Virus record (IMG/VR): IMGVR_UViG_3300001687_000020
Strand: one strand, 5' to 3'
Length of the DNA stretch: 64,000 nucleotides
Source of the DNA: a virus
Lineage: Duplodnaviria; Heunggongvirae; Uroviricota; Caudoviricetes
Shown here: in pieces, positions 55,706 through 64,000 of the stretch
How the letters are laid out: every line of letters begins with the position of its first letter
How positions within the stretch are numbered: position 1 is the first letter of the stretch
Notes under the pieces: model-generated
What the model saw: the letters and a program-made list of their open reading frames with translations, nothing else
Told to the model about the DNA's origin: nothing
Database searches by the model: none
Translations under genes and position numbers: made by a program

Positions 55706-56695
55706 CTAACATATATTCATATCTAAAATATCACACATAGTCTCTGCCACTGTTTTTCCATCGAATGGTGATTTATACGGATTACTATATTCTGGTAAAG
55801 TTGTTTTCATAATTGATTTTACTTTATCACATAAATGTCTATAATTAATACATAAAGTTCCATTTCTACTCATCGCTTCTGGTCTCTCAGTACACGTTCT
55901 TACTACTACACATTTAGTTTTTAGTAAACAACATTCTTCCAATACCCCACCACTATCAGTAATAACTAATTTACTTCCTGCTAACTGTCTAATAAAATAT
56001 ACATAATCCAATGGATCACAAGTTTTTATAAACTCATATCCCTTAGGAAAAACTTTTTTAGTATGAGGATGGATAGGAAAAATAGTAGAATACTTCTTTT
56101 GTATTTCATGAATTTGATCCAATAGTATAGGAAAATCATCATCGAGTATGTTCTCTCTCCTATGGATTGTTATTAGAATATTTGCTTCATCTTTTCTTTT
56201 ATCTGGAGGGATTGATGGAAGGATAAAATTTAATGCATCGTTGATAAGATTTCCTGTTAAGAAGGCTTTACCGTTTAGATTATCTCTAACTAAGTTATGA
56301 ACACTTTCTACTGTAGGACAAAAGAAATAATTACTTATTCGATCAGTTAATACTCTATTTATTTCTTCAAACATAAACTGATCATAACATCTTAACCCTG
56401 CTTCAATATGAAGGACTTCTCTTCTTGCTCTCTTATAGTTATAGGCCTGCTGAAAGCAAGAATCAGTATCACCATATACTCCAACTAATGGGTAATATGG
56501 TTCCGATATTCTTTTTTGATTTAGTATATCTTCGACTCCAAATTGTCTAGAAAAAGTTCCAAACATATTAAAATCTTTATGCTGCCCAGTATATAATATT
56601 TTAAAAGGTAATTTTCTTTTCTCCATCTCCAGTATTAAAGGAGATATTTTTATTATGTCTGGACGAGTAGAAACTACTAAATCTATTCCTTTCAT
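55706..56695 (-). CDS. wecB: UDP-N-acetylglucosamine 2-epimerase (WecB-like)
   Basis: STRPDIIKISPLI...ILYTGQHKD...HIEAGLRCYD...EEINRVLTD match WecB/MnaA conserved blocks. Confidence 0.8.
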   Translation of the reverse strand: MKGIDLVVSTRPDIIKISPLILEMEKRKLPFKILYTGQHKDFNMFGTFSRQFGVEDILNQKRISEPYYPLVGVYGDTDSCFQQAYNYKRARREVLHIEAGLRCYDQFMFEEINRVLTDRISNYFFCPTVESVHNLVRDNLNGKAFLTGNLINDALNFILPSIPPDKRKDEANILITIHRRENILDDDFPILLDQIHEIQKKYSTIFPIHPHTKKVFPKGYEFIKTCDPLDYVYFIRQLAGSKLVITDSGGVLEECCLLKTKCVVVRTCTERPEAMSRNGTLCINYRHLCDKVKSIMKTTLPEYSNPYKSPFDGKTVAETMCDILDMNIC

Positions 56696-56713
56696 AATAT
56701 TCGATCCTTTCTT

Positions 56714-57547
56714 TTACCAACACCTAAGTCCACCCTTTAATTTCATTATTTCTCGATAAAATTCTTCGAATGATTGCTTTCCAATCTTTTCATCCACTTC
56801 TCGATTTTCTATGAGAGTCTTTAGTTGAGGATCGTTTCTATACCTAGTTAAAACATTACATATACTTCCTGATACTCTTCCTCCACAATTTAATACAAAA
56901 ACTGTTTGTAAACCTATAATGTAGGGACTTTTATTAGAAACTTTTGATAACAAAGACCAATACATCTGGTCATGTTTTTTATCATGTCCCACTAAAGGGG
57001 GAATACTAAGATATCCTACATCATCGAAAAAGTTATTCTTAACCGTCCAAAAACCTGAACCGCCTAATATTCCAATACTTGCCGTATGACCTGCTATTTT
57101 AGCGGGTAAATCTTTTCTATTCTTTATTCCTCCTGGAGATTGAGTAACTATTTTTATATTTTTAAGTTTTAGTCGTTCTACGTCTTTCCAAGCCTTTCTT
57201 ATGAGATCATCCCAATCTGGGAGGACAAACATATCATTATCCATAAATACCAAAAATTCAATCTTATCTTTGTTTGGATCCATGGAATGAAGTTGCCCAA
57301 AAGTATTACATGCTACAGCTTTAGAAAAAGCATTAAAAGTTGACTCTTTAGTATTACATGTATACTGTGTAATTTTATTATTCTCATATAAATTTTGAAA
57401 ATAATCCCAGTGATCTTTTATCCTATAACTCGTTAAGTTATCATATACATATATCTGTCTTGGTCCATTAGTATGTCGTAAAAGTGCTTCAATACATTTC
57501 TTCGATATTTCAAATCTATTTCGTATTGTTACCATAATCTTTATCAT
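56714..57547 (-). CDS. glycosyltransferase (GT-A-like)
   Basis: FLVFMDNDMF DxD-type motif. Confidence 0.5.
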   Translation of the reverse strand: MIKIMVTIRNRFEISKKCIEALLRHTNGPRQIYVYDNLTSYRIKDHWDYFQNLYENNKITQYTCNTKESTFNAFSKAVACNTFGQLHSMDPNKDKIEFLVFMDNDMFVLPDWDDLIRKAWKDVERLKLKNIKIVTQSPGGIKNRKDLPAKIAGHTASIGILGGSGFWTVKNNFFDDVGYLSIPPLVGHDKKHDQMYWSLLSKVSNKSPYIIGLQTVFVLNCGGRVSGSICNVLTRYRNDPQLKTLIENREVDEKIGKQSFEEFYREIMKLKGGLRCW

Positions 57548-58859
57548 TCACATTTCTCCTATTTTCATGACTTCCTAGCATACTAATAGCATCTTGTAGT
57601 AATGCGTCAATATTAATCTTATCATAACAACTACTGGAACCATCAGGATTAGCATGTGGGCAAGGTCGATGTCCATGAAGAAAACAGGGTGCACATGGCG
57701 ATGGAGCATTAATCCATTTTGAGTTTTTATAAGTGGAAAGTCTTATTTCTCCAGGAAAAGGACCATATATTCCATAATAAGGAATATTCAATCCCGCACT
57801 AATATGTGATATAGCACTATCAATTGAAATAGCCATTTTGGCTAGAGAAACTAAAGCAATAGTTAAATCCAAACTTTTAGAGAAGACTGAAAAATTCATA
57901 CATGATCGTGGATGACTTAAAGTCTTGATAAACTCTTCGACATAAGGTGCTCGATGTGGAGAATCAGTAATAACCGTAGTATATCCTAAGGTATTAAGTT
58001 GATCAATTATTCTTTTCCAGAAAAATGGACTAGGTGTTCTGACTGGAGATGAAGCACGAATTTGTAAAACTATAAAATTCTTTGGGGATGTTCCCCACTG
58101 TTTGAGTATTCCTTCTACTTCTTTTACTTTTTTAGGTTTAGGTTCTATTATAGGATAGAGTAAGTTAGTAGGAAGGTCTAGCCCTAACCATTTTGAAAAT
58201 AATACATATGCGTTATTGGTATGGGCTTCTTTACATCTTTCAATAACACCTTCAAAAGTTACATGATAATCACTATGTAAGAGATGACTTACATGAAAAG
58301 GCAAGTCTAAAAGTTCATCAATACAATCCCAATTATCAACTAGTGAAGAATACTGAGGACCACAAGAAAATTTAATATGACAATCAGGATAGGTTTCTTT
58401 TAAATAACGAAGATTTGGTTGGATAAATAAGAGATCACCAATTCCGCCTGTTCGCCAAACAAGTAATGTTTTTCCATCTAAATTCTGACCTCGGTATGCT
58501 TTAAAGATATTCTTGAATTTCATTGTTCCTGGTACCAAAACGGTTTTATGTCTATAAGGGTCGTATTTGAGTTGATTATAGACACCTAAAGACATTACAT
58601 ATTGGGATTTTCTTTTAAATGATTGAACACGAAATTTATTTTGGATAAATTTAACATCTAATTTACATTGAGCTATAATAATGTTTGGAACACCACGTCT
58701 AAGTTCTTCCATTGAATCTGCCATTTTCATATGGTTTTGAGCAACTAAACCAAATGCTCTCAATTCCCTTGGAGTTACCGGTTTTGCCTGAACTGGTAAA
58801 CCGTCATGCATCATAGAATTAAAATGTTCAGGGCGTATCACAGGATTAGCTACATCCAT
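57516..58859 (-). CDS. GT9 heptosyltransferase-like glycosyltransferase
   Basis: LLVWRTGGIGDLLFIQPNLRYLKETYPDCHI matches the GT9 N-terminal signature (r.gaiGDvl...P.l..lk..yP.a.i). Confidence 0.7.
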   Translation of the reverse strand: MDVANPVIRPEHFNSMMHDGLPVQAKPVTPRELRAFGLVAQNHMKMADSMEELRRGVPNIIIAQCKLDVKFIQNKFRVQSFKRKSQYVMSLGVYNQLKYDPYRHKTVLVPGTMKFKNIFKAYRGQNLDGKTLLVWRTGGIGDLLFIQPNLRYLKETYPDCHIKFSCGPQYSSLVDNWDCIDELLDLPFHVSHLLHSDYHVTFEGVIERCKEAHTNNAYVLFSKWLGLDLPTNLLYPIIEPKPKKVKEVEGILKQWGTSPKNFIVLQIRASSPVRTPSPFFWKRIIDQLNTLGYTTVITDSPHRAPYVEEFIKTLSHPRSCMNFSVFSKSLDLTIALVSLAKMAISIDSAISHISAGLNIPYYGIYGPFPGEIRLSTYKNSKWINAPSPCAPCFLHGHRPCPHANPDGSSSCYDKINIDALLQDAISMLGSHENRRNVNDKDYGNNTK

Positions 58860-58909
58860 TACTAATTCTCCTTTTAAGTTATTCGATATTCTAGAGATTC
58901 GTTAAAAAA

Positions 58910-59362
58910 TTATTCTTTTCCTTCACTCTCTTCTTTTGCTTTAGAAATTCGGTTTTGCATCTTATCTGCCCAATTTGCTAATTTGGGATTTCTTTCACGA
59001 TTCCACACATGGAGATTATTTAAAGCACGAATTACTTTAGTATAACCTTTCTTTTTAGCTAAATTTAGAAAATGGTCATAAGAAAGATCGTCAACACCCT
59101 TTCCCTCAGGAACCTCTAAAACCCCAGGATGCTCTACTTCGATTTTTACAGGTTGCTCAATTAAAACATTGTTCAATACTCTTGAGATGTCTTCTCGATT
59201 CATCTTTTTCTTACCTTTTTTCTTAGATGATGGATTATTGGATTTTCCACACATCTCATTAATATTCTCAGAAAAAGAACCTATTTCTCCTTTTTCTAAA
59301 AGTCTTTCAAAATACTCATCCACTATTTCAAAAGACTTTTGGAGTTTAGTTTTTGCATCCAT
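58910..59362 (-). CDS. hypothetical protein
   Basis: 150-aa ORF. Confidence 0.45.
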   Translation of the reverse strand: MDAKTKLQKSFEIVDEYFERLLEKGEIGSFSENINEMCGKSNNPSSKKKGKKKMNREDISRVLNNVLIEQPVKIEVEHPGVLEVPEGKGVDDLSYDHFLNLAKKKGYTKVIRALNNLHVWNRERNPKLANWADKMQNRISKAKEESEGKE

Positions 59363-59445
59363 TTAAAAACCTCCTATTTAAAAAATAGTATCCTTTAAAG
59401 ATTAGAAAAATATCTAAAAATTTATATATATAAGAAAAGATACTA

Positions 59446-59856
59446 TTAAGTAGTAGTAGCGGTCAAAATACCATTAACACTAAAACGAATAGTGAAAGTG
59501 GAAGAACTAACAGCTTTATCTCCACCAAAATCAATTAAGCATACCAATTTATTATTTGCTGTGTCATACACAACACCATATCTAGCCGTAAAAGTTGCCG
59601 AGGCCCAAGAAATGTCATCTGCGTCAAAAGTTGCCGTATTTCCCGTTCTAGTCCAAGTAATATTTTGTAAAGTATTTCCGCCTGCTACATAACCAGAACC
59701 TACGATTTCGTAACTTTGGACATCGGTAGTATCAACATGCTCATTACTTGGTGTATAGGTATTAGCAAGAAGCATAACTTTAAAAGTATCATTTTCCATG
59801 TCAAATTCTTCTTTTCCGACATCCAGTAGGAAATTGTAATAAATGAAACTAGCCAT
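59446..59856 (-). CDS. hypothetical protein (possible small virion protein)
   Basis: 136 aa, beta-rich composition. Confidence 0.45.
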   Translation of the reverse strand: MASFIYYNFLLDVGKEEFDMENDTFKVMLLANTYTPSNEHVDTTDVQSYEIVGSGYVAGGNTLQNITWTRTGNTATFDADDISWASATFTARYGVVYDTANNKLVCLIDFGGDKAVSSSTFTIRFSVNGILTATTT

Positions 59857-59921
59857 TTCAAAACCTCCATAGATTTAAAATTATTCGATAGTTACACCTT
59901 ATTATTTGTTCTATATGAACC

Positions 59922-62480
59922 TTAATAGTTCCTCCCTCCAAATCTGGGTGGGTTTGCTGCAAATGAAATTCCCATCCATTCTCCTAAACTTTTTGGTGGA
60001 TGTTTCGAACCATAAGGAATGATTTGTACAAAAACTCCATAACAAGTCATATCTATATTTAAAGTTGTGGTTGAGTCATAAATATATGCAAACTCTATAC
60101 TAGTAGAGTCATATACTGACCAAATCATATCAACGGGGGAAGGAATATCTATGACTACAGGAACTTTAACCGTACCATCATAATTTTGCCATTCGGTTTC
60201 TAAAGTTGAGGTAAAATCAAAAGCCCATCCATAATTGAAAGTAGAGTCATATATTCCCCACATAAAGTCGACTGGAGCAGTCATATCGAAAATTCTTTCA
60301 AATTCAGCATGCTCCATTACCCAATCGTATTCTAATGTAGTTGTGTAATCTATAGTATTAGCGAAACACGCAGTGGTATCAAAAACTGACCAATCAAATG
60401 TAACTGGACTTGTAAGATCAATACATAATCCTGTGCAGGCCCCTTCAAAATCAAATGTTATATTTAAAGTTTCAGCATATATAACATTTGGGTCAAATGA
60501 AGCTAAACCCATAGCAAACGTTTGAGCTTCCAATAGATTTGCTTTAGTTACCCATGCGTTAACACCATTCCACTCAAAAAGTTTACCCCCGGTAGCGGTT
60601 GCTCCATAAATTTTATTATTATATACTGCTAATTTATTAATAATAGTTTGACTTTCATGTTGTGGAGCAACTTGAACCCATGCGTCAACACCATTCCATT
60701 TAAGAAGATTGCCGTTTGAACCAGTTCCTCCATATAATTCGCCATTATAAACTATAAGAGCTTTTATGTAATTTTCGGCAGCAAATCTAGGGGCTTTTTC
60801 AACCCATGCGTTTGATCCATTCCATTCTAAAAGATTTCCTCTTCCTGAACCACCATAAAGTTTTCCATTAAAATCTCTTAAACTATCAATTCTAGTTTCT
60901 GATCCATACTTATCGGCAACTTGAACCCACGCGTTAATACCGTTCCATTCCCACAATTTACCATTCGGATATGACCCACCATATAGTTTACCATTATATG
61001 ACCTTAGGGCAAATATATATGTTTCGGTTCCTCCTGGTTGTGGAGCAACTTGAGTCCATGCGTCAACACCATTCCATTCTAATAGTATACCATTCGGATG
61101 TCCTGAAGCATAAATTTTTCCATCATGAACTTCCATTGCATATAATACTGTTAAACCGCCAGACCCAGCAACTTCAACCCATGAGTCAACACCATTCCAT
61201 CTAAAAAGTCTTGAGCTATTTCCTGTGACTCCATAAAGGGCATTATTAAAAACTTTTATTGCTTCAATTCTAGTTTGGGCATTATGGGTATCTGCTACTT
61301 TAATCCATGAAGTTGAATCATCCCACTGAAAAAGATATCCGTTTGGATATGTCCCACAATAAAGTCTTTCAAAAGGTTGAATTTCTTTAAATTCTAAAAC
61401 TATATCTAAAGTTGACGTTTCATCTATAACATAACCATACTCTAAAGCAGTAGAATCATATCCTAAGATTTCATAACTTAAAGTTGATGTTTCATCAATT
61501 ACACTTCCTGCTTCGATACTTGTGGCATCATATCCCAAGATTTCGTAATCTAAAATCGAAGTAGCGTCAAAACTTTCATCTGGATCAAATCCGAGGAGAT
61601 TTAAAATCGCTTCTTCTGCCCCATATTTAGTTGCTTGTTCAATCCATGCGTTAGACCCATTCCATTTAAGTAATTTTCCTCCAGGATATGTACATCCATA
61701 TAACTCATTATTATAAACATATAAATCATATATGTGAGTTTCACTACCAAATTGTGGTGCTTTTTGGATCCACGCATTACTCCCATTCCAAACAAATAAA
61801 TTTCCATCAGGTTGGGTTCCGGAATATAATTGACTATTAAATACTTGAAGACATCTTATATTATTTTCAGGTCCTAATTGTGGAGCTTTTTCAACCCACG
61901 CGTTTGATCCATTCCATTCAAATAAGCGACCTCCAGAACCCGTTGATCCATATAATTTATTATTATAAATGCAAAGATCACGAATATAAGCCTGACCATT
62001 TAATTGCGGAGCAACTTGGATCCACGCAGTCGAATCAGTTTCCCACTCAAATAAATTTGCCCATGGCCAAGTTCCAGCATATATTTTTCCATTAAATACT
62101 TTTAAGCAAAAGATAAAATTTTGGTCAAAAGCAAAATCAGCCATTTGGATCCATGCGTTTGATCCATTCCATTTAAGTAATTTTCCTCCGGGATAAGTTC
62201 CTGCGTATAATTCATCTTTATATACAACTAAAGAATATGCATGGGTTTCAGTTCCAAATTGTGGGGCAACCTCAATCCAAGAAGTTGTATCATAATCCCA
62301 TTCAAGAAGTTTACATGATGGCGCGCTACCCCCATATATCTTATTACGATAAACAATCGTAGAATAGATATAAGTTTCGCCTCCTGGTTGTGGAGCAACT
62401 TGGATCCAAGAAGTTGAATCACTATCCCACTGAAGCAAATTACCATTTGGTCCAGTTCCTGAGTAAATCTTTTCAGCCAT
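59922..62480 (-). CDS. beta-propeller repeat protein (about 14-16 tandem repeats of roughly 47 aa), putative receptor-binding/lectin-like tail protein
   Basis: Recurring unit LYGGTYPGGKLLKWNGSNAWIQ.APQFG.ET.I..L.VYN.. Confidence 0.7.
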   Translation of the reverse strand: MAEKIYSGTGPNGNLLQWDSDSTSWIQVAPQPGGETYIYSTIVYRNKIYGGSAPSCKLLEWDYDTTSWIEVAPQFGTETHAYSLVVYKDELYAGTYPGGKLLKWNGSNAWIQMADFAFDQNFIFCLKVFNGKIYAGTWPWANLFEWETDSTAWIQVAPQLNGQAYIRDLCIYNNKLYGSTGSGGRLFEWNGSNAWVEKAPQLGPENNIRCLQVFNSQLYSGTQPDGNLFVWNGSNAWIQKAPQFGSETHIYDLYVYNNELYGCTYPGGKLLKWNGSNAWIEQATKYGAEEAILNLLGFDPDESFDATSILDYEILGYDATSIEAGSVIDETSTLSYEILGYDSTALEYGYVIDETSTLDIVLEFKEIQPFERLYCGTYPNGYLFQWDDSTSWIKVADTHNAQTRIEAIKVFNNALYGVTGNSSRLFRWNGVDSWVEVAGSGGLTVLYAMEVHDGKIYASGHPNGILLEWNGVDAWTQVAPQPGGTETYIFALRSYNGKLYGGSYPNGKLWEWNGINAWVQVADKYGSETRIDSLRDFNGKLYGGSGRGNLLEWNGSNAWVEKAPRFAAENYIKALIVYNGELYGGTGSNGNLLKWNGVDAWVQVAPQHESQTIINKLAVYNNKIYGATATGGKLFEWNGVNAWVTKANLLEAQTFAMGLASFDPNVIYAETLNITFDFEGACTGLCIDLTSPVTFDWSVFDTTACFANTIDYTTTLEYDWVMEHAEFERIFDMTAPVDFMWGIYDSTFNYGWAFDFTSTLETEWQNYDGTVKVPVVIDIPSPVDMIWSVYDSTSIEFAYIYDSTTTLNIDMTCYGVFVQIIPYGSKHPPKSLGEWMGISFAANPPRFGGRNY

Positions 62481-63326
62481 TTAATTTTCCTTTATTTTTA
62501 ATAGCTCTATAGCCCCTTTAAGCATATCTTTAGTGACACTCAAGTCTTCAAAAGACCAACAATCCCACATAAATTCTCTACAATATCTATAACTTAAAAA
62601 TCCATATCCTTTATTTCCCCAACCATTTCCCCAACTATTTTTAAACTTAACTAATCTTTTATTTTGGTCATAACCAACTAAACATATAGCATGACCTCCA
62701 TAACAATAGTTAGATCTTTTTGGGTATGCTACAATTCCGTTTTTTCCTACATTAAATATTTCGTCAAAAACACCAATTCCCGCAACTATAGGACCTTGAG
62801 TTAAAGCATATTTCATATCTTGCATTGTAAGTATTCTTTTATATGCTTTAATTAAACCCCACTTAGCAACCATTTTTGCCCAAGATTTTGGTGATCCTTT
62901 AACTCGATCATTATAAGGCCACGCTTTTTCTACAGGAACACCGATTTTATGTAGGACTTTCATAGCATATCGAATAGATGTGCCTTCATCATTTGGCCAA
63001 CAATCAATTTCTTTACATGACCAATAAACCCATGATTCAGAGAGATCATAATTTTTATCTTTTCTTGTATCTATTTTTCCTTCTTTTACTTCTTTTTTAT
63101 GCTCAGTTTGTTCTTGCCATTCTTTTGCTGCAGTTACCGCAAAAGCAACACAACTTCCTAATCCTCCTTGATCTTTAATTGGACTCATCTCTGGAGTCCA
63201 ATCAATTGAGGCAGGAATACTTGTGGCAAACTTTTTTAGATTATCTTGGAAAGGATATGAAAGTTTAAAGTCTCTTTTATCTTCGGGATCTTTTCTTAAA
63301 TCGAAAATTCTCCTAATCTTTGCCAT
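62481..63326 (-). CDS. papain-like cysteine peptidase (C1 family)
   Basis: DQGGLGSCVAFAV (QGxCGSCWAF Cys motif). GGHAICLVGYD (His). NSWGNGWGNKGY (Asn/Trp motif). Confidence 0.8.
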   Translation of the reverse strand: MAKIRRIFDLRKDPEDKRDFKLSYPFQDNLKKFATSIPASIDWTPEMSPIKDQGGLGSCVAFAVTAAKEWQEQTEHKKEVKEGKIDTRKDKNYDLSESWVYWSCKEIDCWPNDEGTSIRYAMKVLHKIGVPVEKAWPYNDRVKGSPKSWAKMVAKWGLIKAYKRILTMQDMKYALTQGPIVAGIGVFDEIFNVGKNGIVAYPKRSNYCYGGHAICLVGYDQNKRLVKFKNSWGNGWGNKGYGFLSYRYCREFMWDCWSFEDLSVTKDMLKGAIELLKIKEN

Positions 63327-63344
63327 AATATTATACCTCTTTCT

Positions 63345-63620
63345 TTAGAGTAAAAGCATTCTTATAGCTCTAGTAAATCTCCGAATAAATTTTCTCCACC
63401 TTCTTTTCTTTATATCTCTTCCATAATATTTAATTTCTCCAACATGGGTTGTGTCAATCACATCATTGGGAACTTCCATTAATTGCTCATACTCTGCTCT
63501 AATATTAGGAATAGTTGAAAAAGTTGGTTCTGTAGAACCATCCCAACATATATAATTATCACTCTCAGTTGTGTCAATTGGTAAATCTCCTGGTCCCCTC
63601 GGATATGGACATATTGACAT
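63345..63620 (-). CDS. hypothetical protein
   Basis: 91-aa ORF. Confidence 0.4.
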   Translation of the reverse strand: MSICPYPRGPGDLPIDTTESDNYICWDGSTEPTFSTIPNIRAEYEQLMEVPNDVIDTTHVGEIKYYGRDIKKRRWRKFIRRFTRAIRMLLL

Positions 63621-63622
63621 TT

Positions 63623-64000
63623 TTATTCTCGCTCCTCATCTAATATCATTTTTCCAAAATTAGTAGAAAAAGTTCCAAAGCCTATCCCTACATTTGTTCC
63701 AAGATTGGAAGGAGCTTTTTTAGATCTATTTCTTTCAGTTATTATTATGTCAGGTTGATAAAAAGAATATGGAATAACTCCAATCTCAGCAGTACTATCA
63801 AAAATAACATTTCCTATTCCATCTCCTTGGTATATCCCCATATTACTTGAGCCTGCTCCAAGACACGGAGATGATGAAAGCAATCTAAAATCGGCATTTT
63901 CGTGATCTACAAAATATGGAGCAGCCACGAAACTTCCGGTTCCAGGAACACCATTAAAATTTGTGGTGCAATTCCAAGCACAATTATGATGAGAATTTCC
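63623..64000 (-). CDS. C-terminal end of a right-handed beta-helix (pectin-lyase-fold) protein, 5'-partial at window edge
   Basis: PYFVDHENADFRLLSSSPCLGAGS matches the common C-terminal motif of pectate-lyase-like proteins (dPlFvd...gdyrL..gSPaidaG). The frame stays open to position 64000. The annotated M is an internal GTG. Confidence 0.5.
   Translation of the reverse strand, partial: GNSHHNCAWNCTTNFNGVPGTGSFVAAPYFVDHENADFRLLSSSPCLGAGSSNMGIYQGDGIGNVIFDSTAEIGVIPYSFYQPDIIITERNRSKKAPSNLGTNVGIGFGTFSTNFGKMILDEERE

Noticed and set aside
60971-62446. Several 66-77-aa ORFs (60971..61204+, 61601..61807-, 61880..62095+, 62228..62446-) within the propeller gene
   Set aside because: They are alternative-frame or antisense artefacts of the long repetitive ORF 59922..62480.
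1-64000. tRNA genes
   Set aside because: I scanned by eye for GTTCGA/GTTCAA T-loop motifs with flanking acceptor-stem complementarity. None were convincing, and the only GGTTCGAG at about 2722 lies inside a coding ORF without stem pairing. tRNAscan-SE should be run to be sure.

Overview
This AT-rich window (about 30-35% GC) is densely coding and reads as a segment of a large tailed-phage genome. It is not a cellular chromosome. A T4-type head morphogenesis operon sits on the minus strand at 10.3-17.2 kb: gp20-like portal, prohead core proteins, gp21-like prohead protease, coiled-coil scaffold proteins and a gp23-like major capsid protein. Replication and nucleotide genes follow: a DnaB-like helicase, and a family-B DNA polymerase split into two genes by an opposite-strand cassette of three membrane or secreted proteins, whose N-terminal piece carries a family-4 uracil-DNA-glycosylase-like domain. 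Recognisable hallmarks of 7-deazaguanine DNA modification are present: a DpdA/TGT-like transglycosylase, QueE, QueC, ThyX and a nucleoside 2-deoxyribosyltransferase-like protein. A plus-strand accessory block at 32.4-36.8 kb encodes a PncA-type nicotinamidase followed by a vWA(TerY-like) / PP2C phosphatase / Ser-Thr-kinase-like triad. A striking, highly regular array of about 27 degenerate repeats with roughly 36-bp spacing (38.2-39.3 kb) runs directly into the start codon of a helix-hairpin-helix DNA-binding protein. A large minus-strand block (44.9-58.9 kb) encodes heptose and glycan metabolism enzymes (GmhA, a GT9 heptosyltransferase, WecB, several glycosyltransferases, a sulfotransferase, an OPRTase-like protein). 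The same block also holds an ArfB-like GGQ peptidyl-tRNA hydrolase, a DnaJ protein, a PAAR spike-tip protein and small zinc-ribbon proteins. At the end of the window come a 852-aa beta-propeller-repeat protein, a papain-like C1 peptidase and the C-terminal end of a pectin-lyase-fold (tail-spike-like) protein. All calls rest on motifs read by eye from the ORF translations. No database search was run.
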